A stretch of 64,000 bases of DNA from Porphyromonas sp. (GTDB taxonomy: Bacteria > Bacteroidota > Bacteroidia > Bacteroidales > Porphyromonadaceae), in contig JASBZK010000003.1 in NCBI GenBank assembly GCA_029983505.1, positions 18,422-82,421 on the forward strand, given 5' to 3'. A program made the translations under genes and the position numbers. A model generated the notes under the pieces. It made no database searches. It was not told the DNA's origin and saw nothing but the letters and a program-made list of their open reading frames with translations. Below are positions 59,626-64,000 of this stretch, piece by piece. Numbering within the stretch: position 1 is the first letter of the stretch; each line of letters begins with the position of its first letter.

Positions 59626-60483
59626 TTATTTCTCCGTGCGGAGATGACTGCGGTAAAGTGCGTGGCGCTGCATGCGCTCCTCGAGGGTCTTTAGCTCCAC
59701 ATACGCGGCATAAAAGCGGTAGGTCTCGGTGACAGTCTCAGCCTCCGACGGGGTGAGGGCAAACTTTTGGACCTCCCTTCCGTCCCGCATCAGCGATAAA
59801 GTCAGGGGCTTTTTGTCGGAGGCGTTCAGCGCGATGAAGGAAGCAATGCGCTCGGAGCCTCTGAGGGAAAGGGTGAGACGCAGGCGTGTCTGACCGCCGG
59901 ATGAGAAGAGGTAGTTGCGTCCTTTGTCGCTAATGGGTATCGTGTCGCTCACTTCGTATGCTCCGGTCTCCGGGACTTCCGCTCTCACGCTCGTGAAACG
60001 CACCGGACGGTCGCCGGTAGTGCCTACCACGATCTGCAGGCTTGCGTCGTGCCTGAGGAGCACATCCAGGAAGAGTTTGCCACGGGCGTCCCGAGGTTCA
60101 TATCCCCGGTACCGCATTACCGTCTCGTCGTCGGGCAGTGTCGGGTGCTTGGAGCGGACGAAAAGGGGATCCATCCGAACTAAGAGCGCGGAGTCTGCCG
60201 CATATCGCTCGGCAAAGTCTGCGGAGTCCGCTTCACTCATCTTCAGACGTAATTGACGCGAGAGATAAATGGCCTCCTTTCGGAGCGAGACCTCGGTGGG
60301 GTAGGCTTTATGCAGGCTGTCGAAGAGAAGGACGGCTCTCTCCTGATCCGCCCGTTCGTCGGAAGAGGAGAGTGTCCGGGCTTCAGAGAGGAGCGCTTCG
60401 GCCTCTTTATTGGAGCCGTCGCCCGAGCAGGAGCCGAGGAGGAAAGCGGCTGAGAGTACGAGGGAAAGGGTGCGGAGTGTCAT
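59626..60483 (-). CDS. hypothetical lipoprotein
   Basis: Signal peptide with a lipobox-like FLLGSCSG. 4-nt overlap with the upstream GT2 gene. Confidence 0.6.
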   Translation of the reverse strand: MTLRTLSLVLSAAFLLGSCSGDGSNKEAEALLSEARTLSSSDERADQERAVLLFDSLHKAYPTEVSLRKEAIYLSRQLRLKMSEADSADFAERYAADSALLVRMDPLFVRSKHPTLPDDETVMRYRGYEPRDARGKLFLDVLLRHDASLQIVVGTTGDRPVRFTSVRAEVPETGAYEVSDTIPISDKGRNYLFSSGGQTRLRLTLSLRGSERIASFIALNASDKKPLTLSLMRDGREVQKFALTPSEAETVTETYRFYAAYVELKTLEERMQRHALYRSHLRTEK

Positions 60484-61529
60484 AGTTTGAGTCGGGAATA
60501 GGTCTTTTCTCCAAAGAGATGATAACGGACTAAGAGCGAATGCGGGTACAGTTTGCCGTAGGCCTGACGTTTGCCCGCTTCCTCTTCTTTGCTGCGGGGG
60601 ACGCGTGTCTTGAGGTTCGCCCGCCAGGCCTTTGCCACTGCCAGCGCTTCTTTCAGCCCGTTCCTATGGGGGATAAAAGACAGCGCGGCCACAAAGTCGA
60701 GGAAGAACCGTACAATGAGCGTAAGACTCCTTATGCCGTAAGCCGACGGGAGATTCTTCCGGAGCATAAGGAGGTTATTGCGGAAGTTGAGGAAGGTCTT
60801 ATGCGGATTGCTGCTGCTGAGCGTACCGCCGCCAAGGTGATAGACGACACTCGAGGGGACGACTGCCATACTGAACCCTTTGCGGTGCAGGCGCCAAGCG
60901 AGGTCGATCTCCTCCTGATACGCAAAGAAAGAGGCGTCAAACCCGCCTGCGTCGATGTAGGCTTCCGTGCGGATAAGCATACAGGCGCCTGTCGCCCAAA
61001 AGACAGGAGTAGGATAAACGCGGTAAGTGGGTTTGCCGTCGGTCTGAAAGGGCTCGATTGTCCCAAAGATACGCCCCCGGCAGAAGGGATACCCCAGTAG
61101 GTCCAAATAGCCGCCCATCGCTCCGGCGTACTCGAAGAGATTGTGGTCGCGGTCGGAGAGAATCGTAGGTTGGACAGCGACGGTTGCGGGGTTTCGGTCG
61201 AGTTGCCACACGAGCGGTTCGAGCCAGCGTCCTTGGACGCGCACGTCGTTATTGAGGAGCAATGTGTAGGGGTATCTTCGACCACTGTCCCAAAGCCCCT
61301 TAATCGCGCGATTGTACCCCTCTGCGAATCCGAAGTTTCGCTCCAGCGGGATGACCTCCACGCCGAGGCTTCTGGCAAAGTCTGCCGAGCCATCGGTGCT
61401 GCCGTTATCGGCGAGCAGGATGTCGGCTTCTTCCGAAGGGATACTCTGCACCACGGTCGGCAGGTACTCTTTGAGAAGCGGGAGAGCATTCCAAGAGAGG
61501 ATGATGACGACGGTTTTCTTGGTCTCCAT
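60480..61529 (-). CDS. family 2 glycosyltransferase
   Basis: GT-A N-domain (VVIILSWN, LADNGSTDGS, NNDV) and a C-terminal membrane-associated region. Confidence 0.85.
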   Translation of the reverse strand: METKKTVVIILSWNALPLLKEYLPTVVQSIPSEEADILLADNGSTDGSADFARSLGVEVIPLERNFGFAEGYNRAIKGLWDSGRRYPYTLLLNNDVRVQGRWLEPLVWQLDRNPATVAVQPTILSDRDHNLFEYAGAMGGYLDLLGYPFCRGRIFGTIEPFQTDGKPTYRVYPTPVFWATGACMLIRTEAYIDAGGFDASFFAYQEEIDLAWRLHRKGFSMAVVPSSVVYHLGGGTLSSSNPHKTFLNFRNNLLMLRKNLPSAYGIRSLTLIVRFFLDFVAALSFIPHRNGLKEALAVAKAWRANLKTRVPRSKEEEAGKRQAYGKLYPHSLLVRYHLFGEKTYSRLKL

Positions 61530-61532
61530 AGG

Positions 61533-62456
61533 TCAGAGGTTTATGCGGATGTTTTGGCGGTCAAAGTTCGGGTCGTTGGCTTTGCGCCACTCGAGGGTGT
61601 GTTTCCAGCGTTTGTGGCTCCAGAGCCACTGTTCCGGCGCCATAAGGATGTCTTTTTCGAGCAGTTCCATATACTTAATGGACAGATCCCCTTTGGCGAG
61701 GGAGGAGGCGTCTTTGGTGATGAGCTCGAGCGTGACCTCGTAGTGTCCGCGTTTTGTTTGGCGTGAATGGGTGTAGATGACGGGAGCGCTTAGTGCGGAT
61801 GCCAGTCTTTCGGCTCCCGTGAACGTCGCCGTGGGCTGTCCCAAAAAGCGGGTGTAGAGATTGATGCTGCCATACGGAGGCTCTTGGTCGGCTGCGAAGA
61901 TGTAGGTGCGGTTTATGGGGTCTCTTCTGTGAGAGACGATGTACGACCCCGCTTCGTTTTTGTCCAAAAGGCGGCTTCCGAACTTGCTTCTCAGTCGAGA
62001 GAAGACCTCATTACTTACTCCGTGCTGGCGCTTGTAGAGGACGTTGAACTCGGTGTCGCAAAAGAGATTGAAGCCCGTGTAGTACTCCCAGTTGCCTAAG
62101 TGTCCGATTAGGAGAAAGAGATTATGGTGTCCCTCGCGGTGCAATTCCTCGAAGATCTCGGGATTGGTCACCACGGCGTGTCCGGCAAAACGCTTTTCGT
62201 CAAACCCCGCGAGCATGAAGTACTCCACCGCCAAGTCGGCAAGATGTCGGTAAAAGGGCTTGATGTATTTTTTGCCCTCTTTGCCGAACACCCTTGTCAG
62301 CTGACCGCGCACCGTGCCAAGACGGTAGCGGAATACTCTCCGGAGCAGAAAAGCCGCCACATCTGCCCACAGATAGTGCCACCACGCGGGGAGCAGACCG
62401 ATGAGGTGCATCAAGCCGTAAAGCAGATTGCCGGTAAACGTGCGCTTGTCGCTCAT
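61533..62456 (-). CDS. LpxL/HtrB-family (lipid A biosynthesis-type) lysophospholipid acyltransferase
   Basis: N-terminal TM helix and the catalytic HX4E/D-type motif GHLGNWE. Length and fold pattern match Lip_A_acyltrans. Confidence 0.8.
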   Translation of the reverse strand: MSDKRTFTGNLLYGLMHLIGLLPAWWHYLWADVAAFLLRRVFRYRLGTVRGQLTRVFGKEGKKYIKPFYRHLADLAVEYFMLAGFDEKRFAGHAVVTNPEIFEELHREGHHNLFLLIGHLGNWEYYTGFNLFCDTEFNVLYKRQHGVSNEVFSRLRSKFGSRLLDKNEAGSYIVSHRRDPINRTYIFAADQEPPYGSINLYTRFLGQPTATFTGAERLASALSAPVIYTHSRQTKRGHYEVTLELITKDASSLAKGDLSIKYMELLEKDILMAPEQWLWSHKRWKHTLEWRKANDPNFDRQNIRINL

Positions 62457-62470
62457 TTTAGGGAAGAGTC

Positions 62471-62592
62471 AAAAAAAGAGATACAGACCGAGAGGGAATC
62501 CTCGTACGTGCCGAGATGCCGTCGTGGTACAGACTGGGGAGATCTTGAGATACAGACCAAGATTTTGGCGCTCTCGGTATCGCGGTTCGCAT
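62471..62592. repeat. five consecutive 23-nt units of the module family
   Basis: GAGATACAGACC at 62478, CTCGTACGTGCC at 62501, GTGGTACAGACT at 62524, GAGATACAGACC at 62547, GCTCTCGGTATC at 62570. Preceded by an A-run at 62471-62477. Confidence 0.85.
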
Positions 62593-62620
62593 AGGAGATA
62601 GGTCTCGCACAGAGTGCACT

Positions 62621-63955
62621 TTAGAAGGGTAGAATTTCGGCAGCGGCGACTTCGGCTTCTTCTGTCATCCCTGTAAGCCGAACCGGCGTGACGATTCCGA
62701 GATGGTCGGCCACCTCAGAGTGGCGGACTCGGACGTAGTTTTCCGTAAAGCCGTACATCTGTCCGTCTTTTACCGCATGCTCCCACAGCACTTTGTGTGC
62801 GGAGCCTATTTGACTAACGATGAAGTCGAGATGTTTCTTCTCGCTGATCTCTAAGAGAACGTGACTGCGCCTGTGCTTCTCTTCTTGAGAAACGGAGTAG
62901 GGGATGGCGAGCGCATCGGTGCCGGGGCGCTCGGAGTAGGGGAAGACGTGCAGTTTGGTGACGGGAAGCGAGTCGATGAACGCCCGACCGTCTTCGAAGC
63001 AGTCCGCCGTCTCTCCTCTTGCTCCCACTATGACATCCACACCGATGAAAGCCTCAGGCATAGCGTCTTTGATGAGGCGGATTTTTTCCTCGAAGACCTC
63101 TCTGCGGTACCTCCGGCGCATCAAGCCGAGTACTTCATTTGACCCCGATTGCAGGGGAATGTGGAAGTGAGGGGCAAAACGGCGGGAAGCGGAGACGAAA
63201 TCGATGATTTCCGGTGTCAAGAGGTTCGGCTCTATGGAAGAGATCCGGTAGCGCTCTATGCCCTCCACTTCGTCGAGGGCGCGGATGAGGTCGAGGAAAG
63301 TGTCGCCCGTGGACTTGCCGAAGTCCCCTACGTTTACGCCCGTGAGGACGATCTCCTTACCGCCCTCTTCCGCTACCCCTCGCGCTTGAGTTATGAGGTC
63401 GGCGATAGAGCCGTTACGGCTCTTGCCTCTCGCTTTGGGTATGGTGCAGTAGCTGCACCTGTAGTCGCACCCGTCCTGCACTTTCAGGAAATGGCGCGTG
63501 CGTCCCTCCGCAGAAACGGAGGGGACGAAAGTGTCCGCTTCCCCTATCGGTGTGGTAAGGACGTGCTGGTCAAACGGAAGCTCGCCTTTCTCGATCATCA
63601 AGAGATACTTGACGAGGTCTCCTTTCTGCGCCGCTCCGAGTACGAGATCCACGCCGTCGATTTTGGAGATCTCCCCGGGTTTCAACTGGGCGTAGCACCC
63701 GGTGACGATGATGTGCGCCCGAGGGTTCTCCCTGTGCAGGCGGTGAATGAGCTGGCGGCTCTTTTTATCCGCCATCTCGGTCACGGAGCACGTGTTGACG
63801 AGGCAGAAATCCGCTTCTTCGCCCTTTTCTGCCACTTCCATACCCAAGTCGCGGGTAAGAAGCCTCCCGAGGTGAGAGGTTTCGGCGAAATTGAGTTTGC
63901 ACCCCAAGGTACTGAAGTGTACTTTTTTGCCTTCAAAGGCTTCTGTTCCTGTCAT
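62621..63955 (-). CDS. mtaB: tRNA t6A37 methylthiotransferase MtaB (MiaB-like radical SAM)
   Basis: UPF0004 N-domain (TLGCKLNFAE), radical-SAM motif CDYRCSYCTIP, and a TRAM-like C-terminus. Confidence 0.85.
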   Translation of the reverse strand: MTGTEAFEGKKVHFSTLGCKLNFAETSHLGRLLTRDLGMEVAEKGEEADFCLVNTCSVTEMADKKSRQLIHRLHRENPRAHIIVTGCYAQLKPGEISKIDGVDLVLGAAQKGDLVKYLLMIEKGELPFDQHVLTTPIGEADTFVPSVSAEGRTRHFLKVQDGCDYRCSYCTIPKARGKSRNGSIADLITQARGVAEEGGKEIVLTGVNVGDFGKSTGDTFLDLIRALDEVEGIERYRISSIEPNLLTPEIIDFVSASRRFAPHFHIPLQSGSNEVLGLMRRRYRREVFEEKIRLIKDAMPEAFIGVDVIVGARGETADCFEDGRAFIDSLPVTKLHVFPYSERPGTDALAIPYSVSQEEKHRRSHVLLEISEKKHLDFIVSQIGSAHKVLWEHAVKDGQMYGFTENYVRVRHSEVADHLGIVTPVRLTGMTEEAEVAAAEILPF

Positions 63956-64000
63956 ATTGCGGGAATACTCATTCCGGTAAACTTACGGTAAAGGTCAAGT

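Overview
This window reads as core chromosome from a moderately GC-rich Bacteroidota, probably Bacteroidales (Porphyromonas- or Alistipes-like). Support for that placement: TAnnTTTG -7 promoter boxes, no Shine-Dalgarno sites, DUF4290-murA-rimM synteny, long-form IspG, and CarboxypepD_reg and DUF4105 proteins. I call 53 CDS (one truncated at the left edge), 3 tRNAs (Gly-GCC, Leu-UAA, Phe-GAA), and a TPP riboswitch in front of a thiS-thiC-(tenI/thiD/thiE fusion)-thiG-thiH-thiF operon. I also call several hairpin terminators and candidate -7 promoter boxes. The coding content is housekeeping: central carbon metabolism, isoprenoid, envelope and lipid synthesis, Lon, SecA, ParC, translation. I found no integrase, transposase, phage, CRISPR-Cas, toxin or recognisable defence genes, and no protein-coding novel system that I can support. 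The unusual material is non-coding. (1) A 12-nt module GAGAYACRKACC, repeating with a strict 23-nt period, fills 11 of the 12 intergenic spacers of 150 bp or more. It forms hairpins with compensatory changes at its two variable positions and includes three roughly 95-nt near-identical copies. It resembles the 23-nt 'BrickBuilt' minisatellite-MITE of Porphyromonas gingivalis but looks much denser here. (2) A 175-bp hairpin-rich element has 10-bp terminal inverted repeats flanked by a 5-bp direct repeat, so it is either MITE-like or a structured RNA. It sits in an unusually long 473-bp convergent spacer that also holds a 22-nt tandem repeat. Smaller observations: a TenI-ThiD-ThiE triple fusion, MurA with Asp at the fosfomycin-target Cys position, a translationally coupled LpxL-like acyltransferase/GT2/lipoprotein trio, and a DUF4105 (Lnb-like) protein. 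The very long antisense ORFs in the ORF track are codon-aligned shadow ORFs and are rejected.
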